From: Candidatus Aquivivens invisus
GTDB lineage: Bacteria > Omnitrophota > Gorgyraeia > Aquiviventales > Aquiviventaceae
Direction: 5' to 3'
Assembly: GCA_001804415.1 (NCBI GenBank)
Contig: MHGA01000031.1
Location: forward strand, 10,788 to 74,787
DNA length: 64,000 bases
A program made the position numbers and the translations under genes. The notes below the pieces were generated by a model. That model made no database searches. It was given only the letters and a program-made list of their open reading frames with translations, and had not been told where the DNA came from. Below are positions 23,702-31,988 of this stretch, piece by piece (the stretch's first letter is position 1; each line of letters opens with the position of its first letter).

Positions 23702-24057
23702 GAGCGGTCATCTGTGGACTCCTGTTCACGCTGATGAGCGTCCTTGACCCCACCCTCGTCGTGGCCGGTGAACGCTCGGCCAGCTATCTTGAAGGTTCAA
23801 CGAGGAAGCTCGGACGAGGATTCTGCAACCTCGTTACAGCCCCTCTGGAGCTGATCCGCACCCCCCACCTCATCACCCAGCAGGAGGGGGGATTTGCCGG
23901 GGCTACGGTCGGCGTGGTCCAAGGGGTCGGGGCTGTCGTCATTCGAGAGCTGGCCGGCGCGCTTGAGGTCGTGACGTTCTTCGTGCCGTTTCCAAACGGT
24001 TTCAACCCGATCCTTAAGCCTGAGTTCCTATACGCCAACGGCGACTGGGTTCCATAG
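23698..24057 (+). CDS. TIGR04073-like (exosortase-system-associated) small membrane protein
   Basis: KLGRGFCNLVTAPLEL...G..EVVTFFVP pattern; signal peptide. Confidence 0.75.
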   Translation: MRAVICGLLFTLMSVLDPTLVVAGERSASYLEGSTRKLGRGFCNLVTAPLELIRTPHLITQQEGGFAGATVGVVQGVGAVVIRELAGALEVVTFFVPFPNGFNPILKPEFLYANGDWVP

Positions 24058-24080
24058 CGCAAAGAGCGAAGGAGGGAAGC

Positions 24081-24416
24081 ATGCGCGCACGCAGAGGGGT
24101 TCGCCTATTGATCGCGGGGGTGATCGCACTCGGGTCCCCAACGGTTGCCTGCGCCCAGGATCCGATTCACAAGCTTGGGCGGGGGGTCAGCAATGTCCTG
24201 ACGTGGTGGGTTGAGGTGCCAAAAAATTTCTCGCTTGGCATGCAAGAAGACAACCCGCTCCTCGGAATCTTCGGAGGGTTGCTGAAAGGCAGCGGGTTGG
24301 CATTGACGCGTCTGACCGTCGGCGCGTATGAAACGCTCTCGTTCCTCGTGCCGTTCCCCAAGGATTACGCCTCACCATATGAAGGAATGGAGCTCTCTGA
24401 TTACGCTTGGGAATAA
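24081..24416 (+). CDS. Second TIGR04073-like paralog
   Basis: KLGRGVSNVLTWWVEVP...GAYETLSFLVPFP; SD GGAGG. Confidence 0.75.
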   Translation: MRARRGVRLLIAGVIALGSPTVACAQDPIHKLGRGVSNVLTWWVEVPKNFSLGMQEDNPLLGIFGGLLKGSGLALTRLTVGAYETLSFLVPFPKDYASPYEGMELSDYAWE

Positions 24417-25266
24417 GCGTGGCGCCGTCAGAAATCCTCGCGCGGGCCCTTGGGGAATTGTCCCGAGGGCCTTTGTCTTTCTGACGGCCTGGTCCGTTTG
24501 GTCGTGGGGGGCAAGCGCCTTAGCCGAAGGAAGGGAAGAGATCGACGTCAAGCCGGAGGTGTTCGAGATACCTGCGCCGCGACCCCGTCCCGTTGTCGGT
24601 GAGCGCCTCAGTTTTCATGGCCGGTGGTTCGGGATCCCGGTCGGGCACGGATGGATTGAAGTCCGTGAGATTATTGAGGTGGAGGGGCGCCGGGCGTATT
24701 TCGTCGAAGCCCAAGGGCATTCGAATGAGGTGCTCTCCGCGTTCTACCCCATTCATGACGTCATCCGGTCCTCCATCGAAGTGGACACCCTTCGGCCGCT
24801 CCGGTTTGAAAAACACCAACAAGAAGGACACTACCGTGCGGAGGAAATCGTCACATTTGACTACGAGCGGTTGACGGCAACCTACCGGTCCTTGCTGAAT
24901 CAATCGGTCAAAGAGGTTCCCATCCCAGCTGACGTGCAGGATCTGCTCAGCGCCTTCTATTGGCTCAGGACCCATCCGCTTGATCTCAACGATCCCACCA
25001 GCCTTCAGGTGTACTCGGATGAGAAAGTCTATCGCGTAGAGGTCAAGCCGCTGATGACCCTCAAGCTTGAGTTACGCCGTCGGGGCACCTTCCCCTGCAT
25101 GTTGTTCGAGCCCATCGCTGAATTCAAAGGGGTCTTCGTCAGGCGAGGACGCGTGTGGCTGTATCTCAGCGCGGACGAGCGGCGCCTGCCTCTGTACGTC
25201 AGGATCTCCACCCCCTGGGGGCCGATGACAGGAGTGCTCGATCGGGAGTCGCTGTCCCAGCAGTAA
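24379..25266 (+). CDS. DUF3108-like exported protein; start uncertain
   Basis: GERLSF..W.GIPVG, FYPIHD, QDLLSAFYWLR, W.S.D..RLP pattern. Confidence 0.75.
   Translation: MKEWSSLITLGNKRGAVRNPRAGPWGIVPRAFVFLTAWSVWSWGASALAEGREEIDVKPEVFEIPAPRPRPVVGERLSFHGRWFGIPVGHGWIEVREIIEVEGRRAYFVEAQGHSNEVLSAFYPIHDVIRSSIEVDTLRPLRFEKHQQEGHYRAEEIVTFDYERLTATYRSLLNQSVKEVPIPADVQDLLSAFYWLRTHPLDLNDPTSLQVYSDEKVYRVEVKPLMTLKLELRRRGTFPCMLFEPIAEFKGVFVRRGRVWLYLSADERRLPLYVRISTPWGPMTGVLDRESLSQQ
24424..24488. repeat. Nested palindrome (REP-like hairpin)
   Basis: GCCGTCAGAAA...TTTCTGACGGC enclosing GGCCCTTGGG...CCCGAGGGCC. Confidence 0.75.
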
Positions 25267-25276
25267 GCGGCACGCT

Positions 25277-25600
25277 GTGAACTTGATGGAATATGTCCAC
25301 GTTCTGGCCCTGCACGAGCTTCCCGAACAGGGTTTTAAACCCGTTGACGTGAACGGAACGTCCATCCTCGTAGGCCGCATCAATGGGCAGCCGTTCGCTT
25401 TTCTAGATCGCTGCCCGCATGCCGGCGCCCCCTTGCGCTTTGGCAAACTCCGGGGGGGCGAGCTGACCTGCACGCGCCATGGATGGACGTTTGACGTATC
25501 GACCGGGGAAGCTCTACCATCTCATCCAGCATATCGTTTGGTACAATGTCCCATCAAGATTGACGGGACGAGCGTTTTGATCATCCCTCCTTTCTCTTAG
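25277..25600 (+). CDS. Rieske [2Fe-2S] ferredoxin
   Basis: CPH...CTRHGWTFD Rieske ligands. Confidence 0.9.
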   Translation: MNLMEYVHVLALHELPEQGFKPVDVNGTSILVGRINGQPFAFLDRCPHAGAPLRFGKLRGGELTCTRHGWTFDVSTGEALPSHPAYRLVQCPIKIDGTSVLIIPPFS

Positions 25601-25628
25601 CCTTTTCGATTAATTGTGGTGTGCAATA

Positions 25629-25656
25629 ATGTCTTATAATGTATATTCTGTTAAAT
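25629..25656 (+). other. dif: dif site (XerCD chromosome dimer resolution)
   Basis: ATGTCTTATAA-TGTATA-TTCTGTTAAAT vs E. coli GGTGCGCATAA-TGTATA-TTATGTTAAAT; sits at the coding-strand switch. Confidence 0.88.
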
Positions 25657-25707
25657 TATTGTATCCTACGATTCCACGGATGGTTAGCCGAGGTTACCCA
25701 GTAAAGC

Positions 25708-26598
25708 CTAGAGATTCGAGTCAAAAAATCTGACAAGCCGCTTCAGGTAGGCGTCCGGATCCAAAGCAAAGCCTCCGGAATGTTCGGTGGTTGGAACAAC
25801 CCAGAGTTCCTTGGGTTCCCCGGCAGCGTCAACAAAGGCCTTGGCGGCTTCAAGGGGCATGCGGGGATCGTGCTCGCCGTGAATGATGAGCACGGGTCTC
25901 GGGCTGAGTCGACTGACAGCCTTCTGAGGAGACATCCGGTTTGGCCAGACGCCAAACCGTAACCGGTACGCGGTATTGATGAACAGGCCGAACGGAATGC
26001 TGGGAAGTCGATACAACAGCTTCAGGTGATGCGCAAGAGAATGTTCCAGGTCGCCGTAGATGCTGTCCACGACCACAGCGGCCAGGCGTTCGTCCCTGGC
26101 CGCCACCATGATGGCCACGGCCCCGCCCATCGAAACGCCGAACACCCCGTACGGACGGTCCGGAATCTCCGGTTGGGCCCCCAGGAATGCCAGCGCCCCT
26201 TCCAAATCCCGCTGCTCAAGCCATCCAAACGAGGTGGATCGGCCGGCGCTCTCGCCATGGGCCCGGAAATCGAACAAGAGCACGTTGTAGCGGGCCTTCG
26301 TCAACCCAAAGGCGATCTCAAGCAGATCAGCCCGATTGGTGCCAAGGCCATGGCATAGAAGGATCCATGGTCTGGAGGGATCGATCAGCACCTTCCAACC
26401 GGCCAGGACAACCCCATCGGTCGCTTGAAACGTCACCGATTGAACGTGGGATGTCTGCCATGGCAGCGACCCTGGTGCCAAGGGCATACGCGGGAGAACG
26501 GTCTGCCTGAGGAATAAGACGGTGGTGCCGACCCACGTCCAGAAGATGATAAGGAAAAAGACTTCGGTGAGTGCCACCCAGAGCCTCTTACTTGACAA
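25708..26598 (-). CDS. Membrane-anchored alpha/beta hydrolase
   Basis: N-terminal TM, CHG, DFRAHGES, GVSMG nucleophile elbow, IHGEHD. Confidence 0.9.
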   Translation of the reverse strand: MSSKRLWVALTEVFFLIIFWTWVGTTVLFLRQTVLPRMPLAPGSLPWQTSHVQSVTFQATDGVVLAGWKVLIDPSRPWILLCHGLGTNRADLLEIAFGLTKARYNVLLFDFRAHGESAGRSTSFGWLEQRDLEGALAFLGAQPEIPDRPYGVFGVSMGGAVAIMVAARDERLAAVVVDSIYGDLEHSLAHHLKLLYRLPSIPFGLFINTAYRLRFGVWPNRMSPQKAVSRLSPRPVLIIHGEHDPRMPLEAAKAFVDAAGEPKELWVVPTTEHSGGFALDPDAYLKRLVRFFDSNL

Positions 26599-26959
26599 GG
26601 CTTCCGACCTGAGCCGGTCGGTCGGTCGTCACAAGCGTGAGAGAAGTCTCGGTTGAAGCCGCGAGGACCATCCCCTGGCTTTCCACGCCACGGATGGTCG
26701 CAGGCTTGAGGTTGGCCACCACGACAACTTGCTTGCCGATCAGCGATGACGGCTCGTAGGAGCCTCGGATACCGGCCACCACTTGGCGTGTCTCGCCCCC
26801 GCCGACATCCAGCTTCAGCAAGAGCAGCCGGTCCGCCTGGGGATGGAGTTCGGCGCTGAGGACCGTGGCGATTTTGAGCTGGATTTTTTTAAACTCGTCA
26901 ACCGTGACGACACCAGGTGCGGCAGGCACGGAAGCTGGAACGACAGGCGGATCGCTCAT
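26588..26959 (-). CDS. Stand-alone tRNA-binding OB-fold protein (Trbp111/CsaA/MetRS C-terminal type)
   Basis: HPQADRLL, RQVVAGI, VVANLKPATIRGVESQGMVLAA. Confidence 0.9.
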   Translation of the reverse strand: MSDPPVVPASVPAAPGVVTVDEFKKIQLKIATVLSAELHPQADRLLLLKLDVGGGETRQVVAGIRGSYEPSSLIGKQVVVVANLKPATIRGVESQGMVLAASTETSLTLVTTDRPAQVGSLVK

Positions 26960-27252
26960 GGACTTCCCTGCCCTTCGAGGGCAGGCGCGACGAGTGCGAG
27001 TGGCGGAGGCTCTTGGGGCGGGACCATCGTGATGGCATCCCACGGGCAGATTTTCTCGCACAAAAAGCACCCGATACACCGAGGTTGGTCTATCGTGCAG
27101 GTCGCATTCAGCGAGGGGAGTTCCGGCCCGGGCAGCTTGTCGATGCAGTCAACAGGGCAGATCGCAATGCAGACTTCACAGCCTGAACAACTGTCGGGAT
27201 TGATGACTGCTTTGGGGCGGCCTTTCCGTGGCTGGACGGCCGTAACGGCCAT
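26956..27252 (-). CDS. 2x[4Fe-4S] ferredoxin
   Basis: CSGCEVCIAICP and CIGCFLCEKICP. Confidence 0.9.
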   Translation of the reverse strand: MAVTAVQPRKGRPKAVINPDSCSGCEVCIAICPVDCIDKLPGPELPSLNATCTIDQPRCIGCFLCEKICPWDAITMVPPQEPPPLALVAPALEGQGSP

Positions 27253-27255
27253 GGG

Positions 27256-27702
27256 CTAGGAGGAAGGGTTTAATCGCGCGGCTACTAACTGGCTGACCGT
27301 CTTGCCATCCGCCGCGCCGGCGGCTTTAGCCATGACGAACTTCATGATGGGACCCTGCTGTGGCCCGACCGTCGCGATCGCCTCGTCGATATACTGTGTT
27401 AAGGTGTCGGCGGAAAGCTGCTGCGGCAGATAGACGGTGAGGATCGCCAACTCGGCGTTGGCCGAAGAGAGGATATCCTGGCGGCCGGCTTTCTGGGCCG
27501 CCGCGATTGTTTCGCGCCGCTGTTTGGCCTGTTGATTCAGCACTGGGATGACGTCGGTATCCTCCAGGACGTCTTTGCGCTTGTCGATCGCCACGCGCTG
27601 CACGGCGGCCTTGACCATCCGTAGGGTGTCAACGCGAAGGCGGTCTCCCGCCTTCAGCGCCGTCTTATAATCGGTTTCAAACCGTTCACTCAGCGTCGGC
27701 AT
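27256..27702 (-). CDS. yqeY: GatB/YqeY domain protein
   Basis: LKAGD..R..TLR..KA, KQRRE, E..IL..YLP, G.IMK, ADGK.VS. Confidence 0.9.
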   Translation of the reverse strand: MPTLSERFETDYKTALKAGDRLRVDTLRMVKAAVQRVAIDKRKDVLEDTDVIPVLNQQAKQRRETIAAAQKAGRQDILSSANAELAILTVYLPQQLSADTLTQYIDEAIATVGPQQGPIMKFVMAKAAGAADGKTVSQLVAARLNPSS

Positions 27703-27713
27703 GATAGGTTACC

Positions 27714-27742
27714 AGTGTATACGACTTCCCTTCCCTCTGCAA
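27714..27742 (-). promoter_or_regulatory. sigma70 promoter, short leader (yqeY)
   Basis: TTGCAG-N17-TACACT, ATG 11 nt downstream. Confidence 0.55.
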
Positions 27743-27781
27743 CTCGAGGGATGCGTTGTCGAATCACCCGTGGTTTTCTCA

Positions 27782-28693
27782 TCAGAATCCCAGTTCGCGC
27801 AAGATCGTTGGGTTGCTCCGCCACCCCTCCGCCACCTTGACCCACAGCTCCAGGAAGACCTTGACGCCCAGCAAGCGTTCGAGTTCAAGACGGGCGGCTT
27901 GGCCGATCTGCTTGAGGGTGCGCCCCTTGTGTCCGATCAGGATAGCCTTCTGCCCTTCCCGTTCCACCAGCATCGTCGCGCGGATGAACGTGAGGCGCTC
28001 CTTCTTCGTGACCTCCTCAAGGCGGACCGCCACGGCCTGAGGCACTTCCTGCCGTGTGGCAAGAAGGGCCTGCTCTCGGATTAATTCAGCCATCATCTGC
28101 TCAACGGGCTGATCCATCAGTTGATCCGCTTCATACCCGCGAGGGCCCGAAGGCATTCGGCGCATCAGCTCGTCGAGTAAGGCCTCCAGGTTCTCTCCGG
28201 TCAATGCAGAAATCGGTACGTACGCCGCAAAGAGGTCCGCATGAACGCACGCGTCGATCAAGGGCAGGATGCGGCGTTTGTCGACCGCATCCACTTTATT
28301 GATGGCCAACACCGCCGGCCGCTTCGCCCGACGCACCTCTCCAAAAAGCCACTCGTCCTCCCTGGTGAGACCCGTCGTGGCATCAATGACGGTTAACAGG
28401 ACATCGACTTCTTGGATCACCCCTTTGGTCGTCGCCATCATGTGCTTCCCGATCAGGCGCTTCGGCTGATGCCAGCCGGGCGTGTCCACGAAGATCAACT
28501 GGCCCTCTGGGCGCGTGAGAATCCCAATAATCCGAAACCGCGTCGTCTGTGGACGCGGAGAGACAATGGACACCTTTCGATTCAAGACGGCGTTGAGGAT
28601 GGCTGATTTCCCCACGTTGGGTTTGCCAATAATCCCCACAACCCCTGCATGGGAGGAGGATGGCGTTAACGACTCACGGCGTGTGGGGCTCAC
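27782..28693 (-). CDS. era: GTPase Era
   Basis: GKPNVGKS, PQTTR, DTPG, NKVD, KH domain KAILIG. Confidence 0.96.
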   Translation of the reverse strand: MSPTRRESLTPSSSHAGVVGIIGKPNVGKSAILNAVLNRKVSIVSPRPQTTRFRIIGILTRPEGQLIFVDTPGWHQPKRLIGKHMMATTKGVIQEVDVLLTVIDATTGLTREDEWLFGEVRRAKRPAVLAINKVDAVDKRRILPLIDACVHADLFAAYVPISALTGENLEALLDELMRRMPSGPRGYEADQLMDQPVEQMMAELIREQALLATRQEVPQAVAVRLEEVTKKERLTFIRATMLVEREGQKAILIGHKGRTLKQIGQAARLELERLLGVKVFLELWVKVAEGWRSNPTILRELGF

Positions 28694-29927
28694 GGCTCGG
28701 TACCTTCTGAAGGACGACGATGCCGACCACCAGCAATCCTACCAAAACCCAGATGGCCTGTCGATCGCGGCCCGGGCCAAGGACGATCGCCCCCCAAATC
28801 AACGGTCCGGCAACCGATGACAGACGACTGAGCAAGCCCGCCAGCCCCAAGAATTCCGCAGTCTGGGCCTTCGGACACAGCTGGATGAGCAGTACCCGTG
28901 AGGTGGCCCACGTCGGGCCGAGGCAGAACCCCACGACCGGTCCAAGCAGCCATAACCATTTGGGAACGGTGGCCGAGGCGAGGAGGGCTAACGCCGCCGT
29001 CCATCCGAGCCAAATGACGCCAAGCGTTCGATGCGCCCCGAGCCGGTCAATGACGCGAGCCCCCACGGCGGCTCCTGCCACCGCGCTGGCCTGCCCCAGG
29101 AGGAAGAAGTGGATCATCTGCGGCTCGGAAAAACCAAGGACTCGCTTGACATACACCGCCATAAACACCAGGACCGTATTGATCGCATTCAGGCTGAAGA
29201 ACGAGGCGAGAAAAAACCACCATACCCCCGGGATTGCGCGCGCCTGGCGGATGGTGTCCCGTAGCTGTCGCAGCGCCTGGCGGACGACGGCCTGCCAGGA
29301 GATGCCTGAGCTGGGGGGCGGGTCCTGAATCAGGAAAAAGCTTGGGAGGGCGAAGAGGAGGAAGAAGACCGCTGAAGGGATGATCGCGGCCTGACGGCCT
29401 CCCGCTTGAACAAACGGCCACAACAACGCCAGCCCCGCCATGCTCCCCAGATACCCGAATGCCGAGCCCCATCCCGAGGCCTGCCCGAGACGCCCGGGAC
29501 GGGCGACTTGGCGAAGTAACGCGTCGTAGAACACCGTGCCCAGCTGGTAGCACGCGTTGGCCAGCGCAAACAACGCGAGGGCGAGCCCGATGTGATGAAT
29601 GCATCCGATGAGCAGCGTCGTTCCAATGCACCCGAACGACGTCCACCGGAGATACCGCATCCGTTGTCCAGTCGCGTCGGCGATTGCGCCGAAAGCCGGC
29701 ATGGCCAACGCCACCCCCACCATGGAAATCCCCAGGGCAACGCTGAACGTCAGCTCCTGAACGCCTCGATCTTCGATGAGCCATAACGGGAAATAGAAGG
29801 ACACCATGGCAACGGCAAAAAAGGTGTTCGCCAAATCGTAGGAGGCCCACGCCAGCAGCTTTGCCAGCGGCTGGAAAGAGCTTAGGGGGAGGATTGGGCG
29901 AGGAGGTTGGTCAACCACGTCCGCCAT
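28674..29927 (-). CDS. MFS transporter (UMF1/Atg22-like)
   Basis: AWASYDLAN, FYDALL, SGWG..FGYLG; about 12 TM segments. Confidence 0.9.
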   Translation of the reverse strand: MADVVDQPPRPILPLSSFQPLAKLLAWASYDLANTFFAVAMVSFYFPLWLIEDRGVQELTFSVALGISMVGVALAMPAFGAIADATGQRMRYLRWTSFGCIGTTLLIGCIHHIGLALALFALANACYQLGTVFYDALLRQVARPGRLGQASGWGSAFGYLGSMAGLALLWPFVQAGGRQAAIIPSAVFFLLFALPSFFLIQDPPPSSGISWQAVVRQALRQLRDTIRQARAIPGVWWFFLASFFSLNAINTVLVFMAVYVKRVLGFSEPQMIHFFLLGQASAVAGAAVGARVIDRLGAHRTLGVIWLGWTAALALLASATVPKWLWLLGPVVGFCLGPTWATSRVLLIQLCPKAQTAEFLGLAGLLSRLSSVAGPLIWGAIVLGPGRDRQAIWVLVGLLVVGIVVLQKVPSREPHTP

Positions 29928-31162
29928 TCCGTTTCAAGACGCGCGGGCTTCTGGCGAAATTCCTTGGTCATCGCTTCCTCGATGGGGAGGCCGCCGACCA
30001 GCGCTTTCAGGAGGCGTCGAATGCGCCAAAACCCATATCGTTCCACCAGGTATCGGACAATGCTGTGGGACTGCTCGTAGGCCAGCGCGACCTCCTCGGC
30101 CGGCAGCGACATGGAAAAGCCGGTTGAAAGACGTGACCACGGCATGAGTTGCTCCTTTACTGCCGCCTGCTTGAGCGTCCGCCATGGGGGGGCCTGCCCT
30201 TTCCAGGCTTCATATTCCGCGAGTCCCTCATTGAACCAGATAGGCAGTGCTCCTTTGGTCAGGTCGTGGACCACGGCATGGGTGTATTCATGGATCAACG
30301 TCCGCCTCACGCCCGCTTGATCCAATCCTTGCCCAGGCAGCGGCACCCGGACCTTTCCGTCGTACTGGCCGGCGAGCCAGTCGGGTGTCCCAGCCCGCAG
30401 CGAGCGGAATTGCTCGGTCTGATAGAGCAGCACAATGAGTTTGTGCTTGGGCCAGAACTGGAAATCGGCCCCGACGGTGCGCCGGGCCTCCAGCAAGTCA
30501 TCCCGGATATCAAAGCCTTCTGATCGCGCCAGGTCTTCGGTGTACCGAATATCGAAATACGCTTGGGAGAGCCGTTCGAAATTGGATTCAACGGGAAGCT
30601 CCTGGTCGAGCTGCTCCAGCCGTGTCGTGACATCAGCACGGGCGGGGTCAAGGGCGATGGCCTGTTGCCATGCGTGGCGCGCTTCTTTCAATCGTTGGCT
30701 GTGGTACTCCACTTCCCCCAGGAGGACATAGGCGGAGATTTCCTGGGAATTGAGTTTCAAGGCTTTGGTAATCGCTTCGCGCGCCTCAGTCATCCGATGC
30801 TGCTGATAGGCAACCTGAGCCCGCTGAAGATAGATGCCTGCCAGGTTCTCTTGAAACTTGGCATCGGCTGGCTCGAGTCGAATCGCCTCCTGCAGGTGCT
30901 GCTCAGCCGGGCTGAATTCGCCGCCCTCCGCAAGGCGAATGGCGTAGTTATTGTGAGCGATTGCGAGTTGTTTCCGTCTGTTCTCATCGAAGGGGGTCGA
31001 GCCCGCTTCCTGTCCCAGTCGTTCGATGACCGCGGCCCAGTCAACCGTTTCCTCAGCGTCCAGGATCGAGAATCCACCGACAAGGGCCAACACGACGGCC
31101 CAAATCGTGATGCCGTACGTTGAGGCGTGGAGCTTGGAGTTTGACGGGGCCATTTCAGGCAT
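29882..31162 (-). CDS. Exported TPR protein with C-terminal MA-like zinc metallopeptidase domain
   Basis: N-terminal TM/signal, TPR repeats, HEYTH...WFNEGLAEY. Confidence 0.85.
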   Translation of the reverse strand: MPEMAPSNSKLHASTYGITIWAVVLALVGGFSILDAEETVDWAAVIERLGQEAGSTPFDENRRKQLAIAHNNYAIRLAEGGEFSPAEQHLQEAIRLEPADAKFQENLAGIYLQRAQVAYQQHRMTEAREAITKALKLNSQEISAYVLLGEVEYHSQRLKEARHAWQQAIALDPARADVTTRLEQLDQELPVESNFERLSQAYFDIRYTEDLARSEGFDIRDDLLEARRTVGADFQFWPKHKLIVLLYQTEQFRSLRAGTPDWLAGQYDGKVRVPLPGQGLDQAGVRRTLIHEYTHAVVHDLTKGALPIWFNEGLAEYEAWKGQAPPWRTLKQAAVKEQLMPWSRLSTGFSMSLPAEEVALAYEQSHSIVRYLVERYGFWRIRRLLKALVGGLPIEEAMTKEFRQKPARLETEWRTWLTNLLAQSSP

Positions 31163-31988
31163 GCGCATGAACCCACTGAGCCAGTGCCGCGATGACCTGA
31201 GGCTGAACCGGCTCGAAATGGAGCTCGTGGTAACACCCTTCAAATGCCAGCAGGCGTTTCTCACATGTGAGGCGTTCGAAGACATCCCGGCAGGCAGCCA
31301 ACGAGATGACGCGATCCTCAGCGCCATACAGCATGAGCGTCGGGAGGCGCACGCGATCGGCTCCTTCATGGGCTTCCCGCATGGCCGTTTGCAGCGCGGC
31401 ATAGCCACGAAGCGTGATCCGGTCGTGAACCAAGGGATCGGTCCGGTATCGCTGAGCGACGAGTGGATCATGACTCAACCATGAGGGATCCAACCCGATG
31501 GGTACGCTCAGGCGTGGCACGGCGCGTGTCAGCCACCCGGCCAGGGCGGATTTCCATCTCGGGACCGGATATCCGACAGCCAGGAGCGGCGACTGGATGA
31601 TCAACGCGCGATGGGCCGGCGAGCCGACGATCGCCCACAACAACGCGAGCAGTCCGCCGGCGCTATGCCCGAAGAGCGCATACCGGTCGTGATGGGTCAT
31701 GGGGAGGATGACCTCCCTGACCAACGCGTCCAGATCCTCCAGGTATTCCGAGCATCGCTGCACATCGCCTCGTTGACCCGTTGAGCGGCCATGGCCTCTA
31801 AGATCAGGGCACGCGACACTGAGCGACTGCTGGGCGAGGGCCCGCGCGACGCCCTCATATCGCCCGCTGTGTTCTCCAAACCCATGGATCAGGAGCACCA
31901 AGCCGCGGGACGGTGAGGGCTGATAGAGGCGGTACCACAAGGATCGATTGGCGGTGGGGTGGTTCCAAGGAGCCTCGCGGACCAGCAT
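31155..31988 (-). CDS. Lysophospholipase / monoacylglycerol lipase (alpha/beta hydrolase)
   Basis: HGFGEHSGRY, DLRGHGRS, GHSAG, DPLVH, YHELHFE. Confidence 0.9.
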   Translation of the reverse strand: MLVREAPWNHPTANRSLWYRLYQPSPSRGLVLLIHGFGEHSGRYEGVARALAQQSLSVACPDLRGHGRSTGQRGDVQRCSEYLEDLDALVREVILPMTHHDRYALFGHSAGGLLALLWAIVGSPAHRALIIQSPLLAVGYPVPRWKSALAGWLTRAVPRLSVPIGLDPSWLSHDPLVAQRYRTDPLVHDRITLRGYAALQTAMREAHEGADRVRLPTLMLYGAEDRVISLAACRDVFERLTCEKRLLAFEGCYHELHFEPVQPQVIAALAQWVHAHA

